Positions 23,412 through 35,250 of a DNA stretch of 64,000 nucleotides are shown in pieces. Origin of the DNA: Hypanus sabinus (taxonomy: Eukaryota); assembly GCF_030144855.1 (NCBI RefSeq), contig NW_026779681.1, forward strand, positions 1 through 64,000. The letters are read 5' to 3'. The position numbers and the translations under genes were made by a program. The notes beneath the pieces were generated by a model. That model was given only the letters and a program-made list of their open reading frames with translations. It was not told the origin of the DNA and ran no database searches. Each line of letters starts with the position of its first letter. Position 1 is the stretch's first letter.

Positions 23412-23590
23412 CGGGGACAGCTACAATGGCGAGGACAGGGTAGTAAACCAGCTTGAAGGACTCAAGCGCATAATAAAGTTCATAGTCCAACGGCAACTGC
23501 AACTTCATGATTTTTAACCAGTTACTGATACATCGAGGAAATATTATTTACAGATGCCGCAGTATTCCATAATGCTTTTTGCGGATCCAT
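23412..23590 (-). CDS. GPCR copy A exon 1 (original ATG 23590 is followed by TAA and a frameshift; alternative in-frame ATG at 23508)
   Basis: ATGGATCCGCAA... is homologous to the copy B start. In-frame TAA at codon 23. From 23508 the frame reads MKLQLPLDYELYYALESFKLVYYPVLAIVAVP-G|GTAAGT, in frame with exon 2 (334 aa in total). Confidence 0.75.
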
Positions 23591-23736
23591 TATTGCAATA
23601 CTCCAGATTCCTGTTTCCGATGCAGCCTCTGTCCCCTCTCTCTATCTGAAACCCGCTGGCCTCTGATAGCGTAGACTGGCGGCTTAACTGAAACTGACAT
23701 TGTGTGAGAGATATATTAATAGAACAAGTAACCAGA

Positions 23737-23822
23737 AGCCACACCTCCGCGGTGACGGCGACAGACCCCAGGGACACTCCCTTCATTAAGTTCTTCGAAA
23801 TAACAAGTGCAGTTAACCCTTT
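23737..23822 (-). promoter_or_regulatory. Conserved upstream motifs of GPCR copy A
   Basis: AAAGGGTTAACTGCAC (23822-23807) and GTCACCGCGGAGGTGTGGCT (23756-23737) are identical in all three paralogs. Confidence 0.6.
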
Positions 23823-24299
23823 CTTTGTAAACTGTCAGAGAAGCAGTACAAACGCAGATTGGAAGTGTGTCTAATAATCCGAGCAGTCGTGTCTTTCCAC
23901 GGATGCATGCCGTGTCTGGAAATGGACACTAAACTGAGAAACCTATTAACACACAGTCAGACACTGAAATACAACAGGTCTGGAAAAGAGAGTGAACGCA
24001 GCAAATATTAAATAAAATCAGCAGAATATTAACATAAACAGATTTTAAAAAGTATTTCCTAAATACCGTTCTTAAAAAATACAGTTGCATAGGTGTATTG
24101 AAAATAATATAAAATTAGATAATTTTAAATAATGATTTTCAGGGAAAGCATCTTCGAACCAGCTGCCAAACTGGACATCGGGTGATTTGGGAAGCGAGAA
24201 TTTCACTCCGCACGGGTATAAAAAGCGACAGCGCGCCCTTGCAGTGAAAGATGCTTTGACCAGCGTCCAGGCGTAGTTCGCGGTTGATCTGCAAGAGGA

Positions 24300-25220
24300 A
24301 GGCACTGTCAAATGCAGCAGCCATCTTCTGAATGGACTGTCAAGCTGGTGATCTCCGGGCTTCCTCTCGCCGAGGCTTCAGCTCAGGGACGCTACAGTCA
24401 AAGTAGGCAAAGGAAAGTACTTAATCAAGATTTTCTTTCTTCCCTTCTTTAAATCTGATCAGTTAGGATAACAGAGATGCCAAGCGGGATAGTTACGTGC
24501 TCCTCTTGCGGGATCTGGGAAGGCTTGGAGACCTCCAGTAGCGCTGACGGTCACAGCTGCGAAAGCTGCGTTCAGGCTGCAGCTTCTAACAATCTGCGTT
24601 AAGGAGAATGAGCTTGAAGTGGACGTCATCGTTCGGGAGACTCAGTGATAGACAGGTAATATAGAGAAGAAGTTACAACCAGGGCCCTGGGCACAGGGGA
24701 ATGTGTGACAGTCTTGAAGGAGAAAGGGCTGAAGGGTTCAGGACAGAGATCTCATGTGGCCATCTCCCACAACATTTTAGATACCATCGCGGAGTTTGGG
24801 TGTCGGGAGAATCACCTAACTGTGTTCAGTAACAATGGTCGAGTCTCAAGCAGTCAGTTGGCCTCAGTGGCTCAGAAAGGAAGTGGGCGTTGAGCGGTGC
24901 GGTGTCTGAGTGTATGTGGGGTGGGCGGGGAGCGGCATCATGAAAGTCACATTGTGGTGATACGATATTCGTTCGTGGTGCGGACAGCTGGTTTTGTCGC
25001 GACAACATCAGGGATGTCTCGGGTTGAGTCCTCAGCATAGTTAACTGGGAGAGTGATCAGCCAGGAAAAGTGGCCCATTGAGTTACCAGTGACATGAGCA
25101 GGATGATGGAAGAAGTACTGCAATGCCAATTCCGGGAGTAGAGCTAAGTTAAAAGGCAGGACTTTCTGGATTTCCAACCCGTGCCCCGTGCTTGTGAGGC
25201 CGGAACCAGGAAGACTATCC
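24300..25220 (+). mobile_element. Old CR1 5' end / ORF1 fragment, head-to-head with GPCR copy A
   Basis: MPSGIVTCSSCGIWE...CESCVQ (Cys-rich ORF1 start) followed by esterase remnants. Homologous to 39020-39760 and 55640-56660. Confidence 0.75.
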
Positions 25221-26380
25221 CGAACAAAAGATTGCTAAAGATTTGCTTTTACATCCCAGCCGTCTGGAAATGGGTGCAAACATTGCATTTCGCTTGCTCA
25301 ACTTTCTGTTTATCTTCCTGAAGGGAATCGTCCCAAAATGTTCTGAAGCTCTGCTTTTTTTCAATTTCTCACCATTGTTAAAATAGTCCAGGCCTGTACA
25401 GAGAGTATGCAGTTTACTATAGGCCGAACGAGTTACAGAAACAAATTATTTAATGGATATAATCATTTGGACCACATATAACAGTTAGAAATCAATATCT
25501 GACAAAAACGGCTGAAATGCGCTGAAATAAAAGAGGAAAGTCAAAGACGGTGGAACATCGACAGGGTAAATAAGTCCAGAAAGGAAGTTTTACCAGCTGC
25601 TGAGAAACAGAAAAGGCACAAAACCTTACTGTGAATACAAGAGCCAGATTCCTACACATTACATGAGGACCGATTACAGACAGGGCGATTCATAATAACC
25701 GTCCGGATAAAATAACACAGTTTAGACAAAGAACAACAATTATTCAAGAGATGCAGCCATTGGGAACTCAGAAAACAGACAGAAATCGATGTTTGTAAAA
25801 AGCACCACCATATGCTGAATGAAAAGAGGAAAGTTAAAGAGGATGAAACATGATCATGGTTAATATTGTCCCTAAAGTAATATTTGTAACAAGTATCATC
25901 ACAGTCATGACAAAACCGCATTGAAATATTTGCCCTACAGATAAAATATTTATATAATTTTCAAGAAATCTGCAACACTAAACACCTTTAAATATGTCGA
26001 AAGCTCCGAACTATTGAGAAACGGGCGAGTTTGGTTCAGGTTTTATCAGCGGGTCGGTGACTGTTGTTATCCACTCCCGGTCAAACACCTGATGTCAGCA
26101 ATGTCACAAATGCTCCTAAACCTCAATTAGGAATCCTAATACCTGAATCAAGTCCCTGGTTCAAGGGAAGAAAATCACACCAAAGTCCAGCTGCGCCGTT
26201 GTCAAGAAAGGTTGCTTTACTTCTTTATTTCCTGACAAGGACAAGGAAATTCACTAGGAGCCTCCTGAGTCTCACCAATATTGAAAGCTTCCTGTGCTTT
26301 CCCAATTAGCGGCTAATAATTGACTTGGCTGTTTACCATGTTGTAGATACTTTGTCTGACTCACTGGCAATCGGTTCTCT

Positions 26381-26382
<2 letters not shown>

Positions 26383-26446
<64 letters not shown>
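26383..26446. repeat. (CT)n microsatellite
   Basis: Visible directly. Confidence 0.97.
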
Positions 26447-26451
<5 letters not shown>

Positions 26452-26539
26452 ATTTTGCAGGCCACCCAGCCAGAATAGACGTTTTTAAAGATATTGAGGT
26501 GGCAGAAAGTAAACGATAACGTGACATGAATTATAACAT

Positions 26540-27480
26540 TATACTATCTGGAGTATTGGCTGGTCGTCAGAAAACTGAGAGTGGAAATAATGGGATCCAA
26601 CTCTGGCTGCCTGCCGGTTAACGGCGGAGTTCCACAGAGCTCATCGTTGGAACAGTTGCTTTTTAAGTTGTATATCTGTCAGTGATTTGGGAAACTGTAT
26701 TAATGGATTTGTGGCTAAATTTGACGATGACAGAACGATAGGTGGAGGAGCGTGTCGTATTGAGGACACTCAGACTGCAGAGAGACTGAGATTGTTTAGG
26801 GAAGAAGTGACAAGTCGAATACAATGTTGGAAAGTGTATGGCCATGCCCTTTGGCAGAAGCAATAAAAGGGCAGACCATTACTTATGTGATGTAATGTTG
26901 GGGCTCTATAAGGCACTCATGAGACCATACTTGGAGTACTGTCTGCAGTTTTGGGCTCCTTATTTCAGACAGGATACAATGACATTCATAGAAGATTCAC
27001 AAGAATGATTCCAGGAATGAAACGGTTACCGCATGAGGAAATGTTGGCTGCTCATGAGCTGCATTCCCTGGAGTTCAGGAAAATGAGGGGGGTTCGCATA
27101 GAAATATTCTAAATGTTAAAAGGCCAGAACATTATGGGGCAGGGGATTGAAGATCAAGAGGGCAAGATTGAAGGATGTCCATTTAGAACAGAAATGCGGT
27201 GAAATCTCGTTAGGCAGACAGTGGTAAATCTGTGGAATTTGTTATCCCAAGCGGTTGTGAAGAGACCCAATGACTATTGGGTGCATTTATAACCATATAA
27301 TCATATAACGATTACAGCACGGAAACAGGCCATCTCAGCCCTGGTCCGAGATTTAAGGCAGAAATAGACAGGTTCTTGATTAGCCAGGGCGTCGAAGGTT
27401 AAGGGGTGAAGGCAGTCAGTAGGAACCCGGCCGAATGGCCTAATTCTTTTCCTATAACCTATGGACTTATGGTCATATAA
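26540..27480 (+). mobile_element. Degenerate CR1 RT 3' fragment
   Basis: gctaaatttgacgatgac (KFADD-like), gagaccatacttggagtactgt (RPHLEYC) and ccatataaccat-type tail remnants. Confidence 0.85.
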
Positions 27481-28323
27481 CCACGTCATGATATAGATTC
27501 CATCGTCAGGAGAAAAGTCAGAAGATTCTGTGAGCCTGATAGAGATACCCGCATGGCGTACTGCCTCTAATTTGCCAGGGTACGGGATGTCTCGTAACTG
27601 GCCCAGAATACTCTGAAGGGAGGAAACCCAGCAGTTAATGCTGTATAAACACGTCGTGCCTTGTCATTTTTTATAATCTTCAACATCTCTGGCCATATCT
27701 CCATAGGCCACTATGAAATCAGAGGAACAGATTCAAAATGTTGAAACTATTTCTCTATCTCTGTTTCACTAAATGGAGGAACTAATTTAAATTCCTGACT
27801 AAGAAAAAACTTTTTTTCTAGAAACTGAGGATTGATGACAATAGCTTAATTCGGCCATCGGATGTTCAAATTCCCTCTTTTTATACTCAGTTTCTCACCG
27901 ACTTCGTTCCAAGTTATTCTAATTGTTTCTGTTTTAACTCAGCTTCTATTCCAAACATTTCTAAAGCTACCTGTTCCAGGTGTAACTGGCTCGCTGCTTT
28001 ACTGACAGGGAGTCTATCGAACACAGCTGCATTATAAACACCCTAATCTATATAGACTCCGCGATTTTCCTCTGAATTATAGGCTTTGTTGTGGTCATCG
28101 AAATATCCTTAAGTTCCAAACCGCTTGCAATCAGAGACACATCACTATTTCGCCTTCACTAATAACTATGGTGATGCGAGAGAGTCGTCAATATTCATTG
28201 CTGCTGAATACCACTCTCAGACCAATTAAACAAAAGAATCGGGTATTTTCCTTTCCCAAAATTGACTGCAAAGTGAACAAGCATTTTAGCACAAAATCTG
28301 AAAAAATCCCGAGAGCCCCCAAT

Positions 28324-28961
28324 TGTTACGGTACTGCAGCATAGAACATCGAACTGAGACAGGTTTTTACAAACCAAGAAACATATATTTAAACTCAGCT
28401 CAACAACAATGGAAAAGTAAACAAACGACTACCTTCACCGGAAGTTAACTGTTATACGGCAACTCGAACAGTTCTTAAAGCGATAAATGCAAAAACTATC
28501 TGAAAGCGATGAATGCGAGCTGAGTCTGAAAAAGATACATGTAAAAGTCAAGGTGCTTTAGACAGTCAATGAGGAGAGACTTCCCTGAAGTAACGAATTC
28601 ATCGACGACGTTGTGTTACTGTTGATCCCAGTCGAAATTTGCCTTGCCCGAAAGATTTACGAGGAAGTAAATTAAAATGGCTTAAAAGAACTGACCTTTT
28701 ACCTTGGCGAATGACACTCACTGAAGCAATCCTTTCTGCTCTTATCGCAGCGATTATCTCGGGTGTAGGTTGCTATCTCATTGAACGAGGAATCAATAAG
28801 GACAACTCTGTATTAACGCGGATGACCCCAGGTTTGCACGGTCCTCACATTGGCGGGTAATTACATCACCCCACCATAACCAGACAATAATACCATGCTC
28901 ACCAGATACTTATTCAAATCTTGTCATAAGACAGTCACAAGACACCCACGGGGATGTAACA
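28324..28961 (-). mobile_element. LTR copy 1 (internally deleted, 638 bp); PBS at 28306-28321
   Basis: Termini tgttac (28324) and tgtaaca (28955-28961). The PBS reads TGGGGGCTCTCGGGAT on the minus strand. Confidence 0.85.
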
Positions 28962-30907
28962 GGATTTATGCATACTCGTCAGCTAATTCAGCAGACTCCA
29001 GCAACACAGCAGTGCCCCTCGCATTTATCACTTTAATAACTGTTAGAGTTGCCGTACAGTAGTTAACTTCATTTTAAGTTAGTCGTTTGTTTACTTTTCA
29101 CTTGTTGAACTGAGTTTAAGGAAATGCTTCGTTGTTTATATATGAAAAAACGTCTCGGTTCGATACCAATTGTTGCCATAATCTAACAATCCTTATTTCA
29201 ACAGGGATTTTATTTTTAAATTCTTCCATTAAAATCAACGCTTTCAATTTATTATAGATCCATTTACATTTTAAGTGGAATACCATCTCTCCCCACACAC
29301 CGCTCTCCCGTAGGCAATTTCCACGTAAGTTTTATCTTCCGCGGATTTGTTCAAATCTCTGAATATTTTATTTATGCTTCCTGAACCAATTAATTGATTT
29401 CTATATATGCTGCCTCACAATATAATTATCAAATGCTTGCTCAGCAGTTAAAGCTGTATAAACACGTTGTGTCTTGCCTGTTTTACACTTTGTAACTTGA
29501 CTGGCCACTTCTCTTTCGGCCACACTGAAATCAGAGCTACAGTTTCAAAATGTTGAAAATACTTCTCTGCTGCTGTTTCACGAAATGCAGGGTCCACTTT
29601 AATTCCCTGACTAACAACAAACGTTTTTCTACAACCAGAGAACCGATCACCAGACCTTAATTCCGCCATCGCAAGTTCAAATTCACTCTTTTTATTTTCA
29701 GCTTCCAACCGACTTAGCTCTGAGTTCGCTTCCAGTTGTTTCTGTTTTTACTCAGCTTCTATCAAAAGCTTTTCTAAAGCTATCTGTTCCAGGTGTAACT
29801 GGATCGCTGCTTGACTTACAAGGAACCTATCTAACACAGCTGCAACAAAAACACCGTAATCTATATTGTGTTCAACGATTTTCCTCTGAATTACTGGCTT
29901 TGTTGCAACCGCCGGAATATCCTTAAGTGGCAAGCTGCTTGCAATCTCAGATACATAACACTTTTTCGCCTTCGCTAAAAAAATCTGGTGATTCGAGAAA
30001 GTGGTCAATATTCCTTGTTTACGAATTCCACCCATACACCAGTCAAACAAAACAATCAGGCATTTACATTTTCCAAAATAGGCTGCTAAGTAAACAAGCG
30101 TTTAAACACAAAAGCGAGATATATCCCGGGAGCCCCCTGTTGTTACATTATGGCAACAATGGGTATACAACCGAGACATGTCTTTTTTTCTTTATAAACA
30201 ACGAAACATTTCCTTACAGTCAGCTCAACATCAAGTGGAAAGTAAACAAATGATTAACTTAAACGGAAGTTAACTTCTGTTCGGCAACTCTTAACAGTTA
30301 TTAAAGTGATAAATGCGAACACAATCTTAAAACGATAAAGGTAAACGTCCAAGAGATTTAGGACGTCAATTAGGAGACACTTTCCTGAAGTAACTGATGA
30401 TTCCAGCTGAAACTCGCCTTGCCCGAATGATTTACGACGAAGGAAATTAAAACTACTTCAAGTACCTGACTTTTTCCTTGGCGAATGACACTTCCCCAAT
30501 CGATTCTGTTCTTATAGCAGGGATTATTTCGGATCCAGGTTACCATCTCATTGAACGAAGAATCAGTCAGGTCATCTTTGTATTCCCGCCGACGACACCA
30601 ACTTTACTGATCTTTCCGGTTTCCGCAATTCGGTAAATTCTTCACTCTCCGACTAATCTAAACATGGCAGCACTGTAGCCGTCGAAAAACCCTTAAGTTG
30701 CAACCTGCTAGTAATCTCAGGTGCACCACTATTTTTGGCCATCGCTAAAAACTCTGGTGATGCGAGAAAGTCGTCAATATTCATTGTTACCGAATACCAC
30801 CCACAAACTATTCAATCAAACGAATCGGGTATTTACCTTTGCCAAAACAGACTGCTAAGTAAACAAGCGTTTAAGCACAAAAACGGACATACCACAAGAG
30901 CTCACAA

Positions 30908-31809
30908 TTATGACCGTATATCAATAATGGATATAGAACATAGAAAAGTTTTTTATACAAATATCGAAAGATTTACTTAAACTCAGCTCAGCAACAATCG
31001 AAAAGTAATCAAACGAATAACTTAACTGGAAGTTAAATGCTGTACGGCAACTCGAACAGTTCTAAAAACGATAAATGCGAATACAGTTTTAAAGACATAA
31101 ATGCGAACATAATTTTAAAGCAATAAATATAAAAGTCCAAGTGATTTAAGCAGTCAATTAGGAGAGATTCTCCTGAAGTAACAAATTTCTCAACGTCGAC
31201 GTTACTCTTGTTCCTAGAAAAAAATGCCTTGCCCTAAGGATTTACGATGACGGAAATTAAAACGGCTTGAAGTAACTTTGATATTTTCTTGGCAAATGAC
31301 ACTGCACCAATCCTTTCTGCTCTAATAGTAGGGATTATCTCGGATGTAGGTTACAATCTCATTGAACGAGGAATCAATAAGGTCAACTCTGTACTACCGT
31401 CCACGACACCAACTTAACACAATCCTTCGGGTTTTCTGTAATTGCGCAAAAATTTCACTGTTCGACTGGACTAAAGCTGGCAGCGTTGTGACGAAACAGC
31501 CGGTAATAACCTTTTAAACTTATGTTGGAAAGTAAAGTTCCACTTTAAAACAAAACTGCATTTTGTGACGAATACGCAGAATAACCAAGTAAATAATGTA
31601 TTAAACAAAGAACTGACCTGCGTCACAGCAAGACTACCTGTTGGAACAGGCCAACGCATGACCTCTACCGCGAAAATTACATCATGTGACCCCACATTGG
31701 CTTGTAATTATATCACCCCACCATCAGAAAACCATAATATCATGTTCACGAGATACTCACTTAAATCTTGTCATAAGAGAGTTACAATACACCCACGGGG
31801 CATGTAACA
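30908..31809 (-). mobile_element. LTR copy 3 (about 900 bp), degenerate PBS at about 30890-30906
   Basis: Same LTR body (ccggaagttaac, aggagagatt, cattgaacgaggaatcaataagg); tgtaaca end at 31809. Confidence 0.8.
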
Positions 31810-32915
31810 GGATTAAAGGATACTCGTCAGCTAATTTAGCAAGGCAGCAGTGTCCCTCTCGTTTAAGTATTATTTTAACTGGGATTTACGCTACCTATTC
31901 CAGGTTTAACTGGACTGCTGTTTGACTTACCGTGAACCTATCTAACATAGTTGCATCAAAACATGCTAATCTACATTGTGCTCCGCAATTTTCCTCTGAA
32001 TTACAGGCTGTGTTGTCAGTGTCGAAATACCCGTAAGTTCCAACCTGCTGGCAATCTCAGGGACATCACACTTTTGCGCCTTCGCTAATAACTCTGGTAA
32101 TGAGAGAAATTCGCCAATATGCATTGTTGCCAAATACCACCCTCAAACCAATCAAACAAAAGAATCGGGTATTCCCCTTGTCCAAAACGGACTGCTAAGT
32201 AAACAAGCATTTAAACATAAAACAGACCATATCCCGTGAGCCCCCAGTTGTTACGGTACGGCAGCAATTAATATACAACTAAGACAGGTTTTTGAATAAA
32301 CATAGAATCACTTATTTAAACTCAGCTCAACAACAATGGAAAATAAGCAAAGGACGAACGTAACCGGAAGTTAACTGCTATACGGTAAGTCGAACAGTTC
32401 TTAAAGCAATAAATGCAAACACTGTCTTAAAGGGATAAATGCAAACACAGTCTTAAAAAGATAAAAGTAAAAGTCCAAGTGATCTAGACAGTCAATTAGG
32501 AGAGCCTTCACTGAAAAAAACGAAGTATCGACGTAACTTTACTGATGATCCAACAAGAAATATTCATTGCACGAGGGAATTACGACGAAGGAAATTAAAC
32601 GAGCTTAAAGGAACTGAACTTCTTCCTTGGCTATTTACATATTTACAGAAATCCCATCTCTCAAAACACATATCTTTATCGTAGGCAATTCCACGTAAGA
32701 TGTTCTACGGGTTTCTTCAAATTTTGCCTTCGGTAATAACTCTGGAGATGAGAGAAAGTCGTCAATATTCATTGTTGCCAATTACCACCCACAAACCAAT
32801 CAAAGAGAAGAGAAGAATCAAAGAGAAGAATCGGGTATTTCCCTTTTCCAAAACAGACTGCTACGTAAAGAAGCATTCAAGCACAAAGACAGAACCTGTC
32901 CCGAGAGCCCCCATT

Positions 32916-34169
32916 TGCTATGGTACGGCAACAATGAATACAGAACTGAGACATGTTTTTTTATAAAGAACGAAATGTTTATTTAAACTCAGTTCAAAAA
33001 CTATTAAAGTAAATAAATGACTAACTTACCCGGAAGGTAACTGCTATCCGGAAACTCGCCATATTGAAATTTTGAAAGTGATAATTGTGAACGCGTTCTT
33101 AACGCGATAAAAATGAACAGTCTTAAAACGATAAATAAAAAGTCCAGGTAACTTAGATAGTAAGTTAAGAGAGACTTTCCGGAAGTAACGAATTCCTCGA
33201 CGACGTGAAGTTACTGCTGTTCACAGCGGAAATATGCCTTATCCGAAGGATTTACGATGATGGAAATTAAAACGCCTTAAAGGAATGACCGTTTTCCTTG
33301 GCGAATTACACTGCCCACATCATTTCTGCTCTTTTAGCAGGGATTATCCCGAATGCAGGTTACTATCTCTTTGAACGAGGAATCAATATGTTCAACCTTG
33401 GATGACCGCCGACGATACCAAATTTACTCGAACAGTTCTGAAAGTGATAAATGCAACAACAGTTTTAAAGCGATAAATTTCAAAGTCCAAGTACACTGGA
33501 CTGTCAATTAGGAGAGACTTTGATGAAGTTCCGAGTTCCTCGATGACGTGTCGTTTACTGCTGATCACAACCGAAATATGCCTTGCCCGAAGGATTTAAG
33601 ACGAAAGAAATTAAAACGGCTGTAAGGATCTTTTTCCTTGGCGAAAGACACTGTCTCAAACCTTTCTGCCCTTATACCAGGGCCTATCTCTGATGCAGGT
33701 TACTCTCACTTTGAACGAGGAATCAATAAGTTCCACCCTGTATTACCGCCGACGACACCTCCTTTACTCGATCAATCGGATTTTCCGTAAATGGGTGAAT
33801 TCATCACTCTCCGGCTGGACTAAATCTGACAGCGTTGTGGCAAAACTGCCGGCAATAGCCTTTGAAACTTAAGATAGAATGGAATACACCACTTTAGAAC
33901 AGAACTGCATCATGTGACGATACGCAGCATAACGCAGTAACTGAACAATTAAACTACCAACTGACCTTCGTCACAGCAAGGCCCTTTCGTTTTATATCTG
34001 TTGGAACACGCATCACATGGACACTACCGGGAAAATTAAATCACTTGAAATCACAATGGCGGGGAATTTCATCAATCCACTATCACTAAACCATGTCATC
34101 ATTCTCACCCGACACTCAATTACATCATGGTAAGAAGACTGTTATAAGACAGCGACCGGGTATGTAACA
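32916..34169 (-). mobile_element. LTR copy 5 (about 1250 bp, with an internal tandem duplication); PBS at 32898-32913
   Basis: The LTR core block occurs twice (about 33060-33430 and 33430-33780); tgtaaca end at 34169. Confidence 0.8.
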
Positions 34170-34963
34170 GGATTAAAACATACTCATCAGCTAATTTAGC
34201 AGACTCCTGCAAACTAGCAGTGTCCCTCTCATTTAAGTACTTCCCCTCTTCAAAAGGGATGTTCCTTTTAAATTCCTCCATTAAAATCAACTTATTATAG
34301 TCCCGATTTACATTCTCAAAAGACACAGCAAATTCGATGTCCTTTCCCCCCCCCCCCCCCACGGATTTCTTCAAATTTCTGAATCTTTCTCTGTATGCTT
34401 CCGGGTCCTGTTCACAGGTTTCACTGCATACTGCTTCACAATATCAGAATCAAGTGTTTGCTCATCTGCTAAAGCTGTATAAACTTTGTGCCTTGCCTTT
34501 AATTACACTGTGAAACGTCACTGAGCATTTCTCCTTCGGCCACTCTGAAATCCGAGCAACAGTTTCAATATGTTGAATATATTTCTCTACTCTGTTTCAC
34601 AAAATGGAACATCTAATTTAATGTCGTGACGAACCACAAACGTTTCTTAATAACCAGCGGACTGACCATACCCGTTGATTCGCGAAAACGCATGTTCAAA
34701 TTCGCTCTTTTTTAAATTTTCTGTCATAAGATGGCATCGGGAACGGACCCGAACGCAGGACACAGACACTGAAGTACTAGGAACAGGACGGGACAAAACT
34801 AATGGACGGGACAGGTCGCAGACTAGGCTAGGGAAGCAGGAGCAGGACGAGGGACTGGGAACAATGAGCCTGGGGTGGACTCCGAGCACGAGACTGGACA
34901 CGGATCCAGAACCTGGGACTTGACTCGTGCTCGGACATCGAACATCAAGAGGCCTGGGCTCTA

Positions 34964-35250
34964 GGAGCTCGAGGCTTGAGGCTTGGGTTCTTGGAGCTCG
35001 AGGCTTGAGGCTTGGGTTCTTGGAGCTCGAGGCTTGAGGCTTGGTTTCTTGGAGCTCGAGGCTTGAGGGTAGGGTTCCCGGAGCTCGAGTTTTGAGGATT
35101 GGGTACTTGGAACTCAAGGTTTGAGATTTGGGTTCCTGGAGGTCGAGGATTGAGGCTTGTGTTCTTGGAGCTCCAGGCTTGCGGGGTGTGTTCTTGAAAC
35201 TCCAGGTTTGCGTCTTGGGATCTTGGAGCTCGAGGCTTGAGGTTTTGGTT
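34964..35250. repeat. 29-bp minisatellite (about 10 copies) within an approximately 1-kb foreign insert interrupting gag
   Basis: Unit ggagctcgaggcttgaggcttgggttctt at 34964, 34993 and 35022, then diverging copies. Confidence 0.9.

Noticed and set aside
28639-28860. Recurrent plus-strand TM-like peptide ILSALIAGIISDVGY.LIERGINK in the LTR copies, as a possible antisense ORF
   Set aside because: The consensus LTR has stops in all frames just upstream (ggaaattaaaac) and copies shift frame freely. The recurrence simply reflects DNA repetition.
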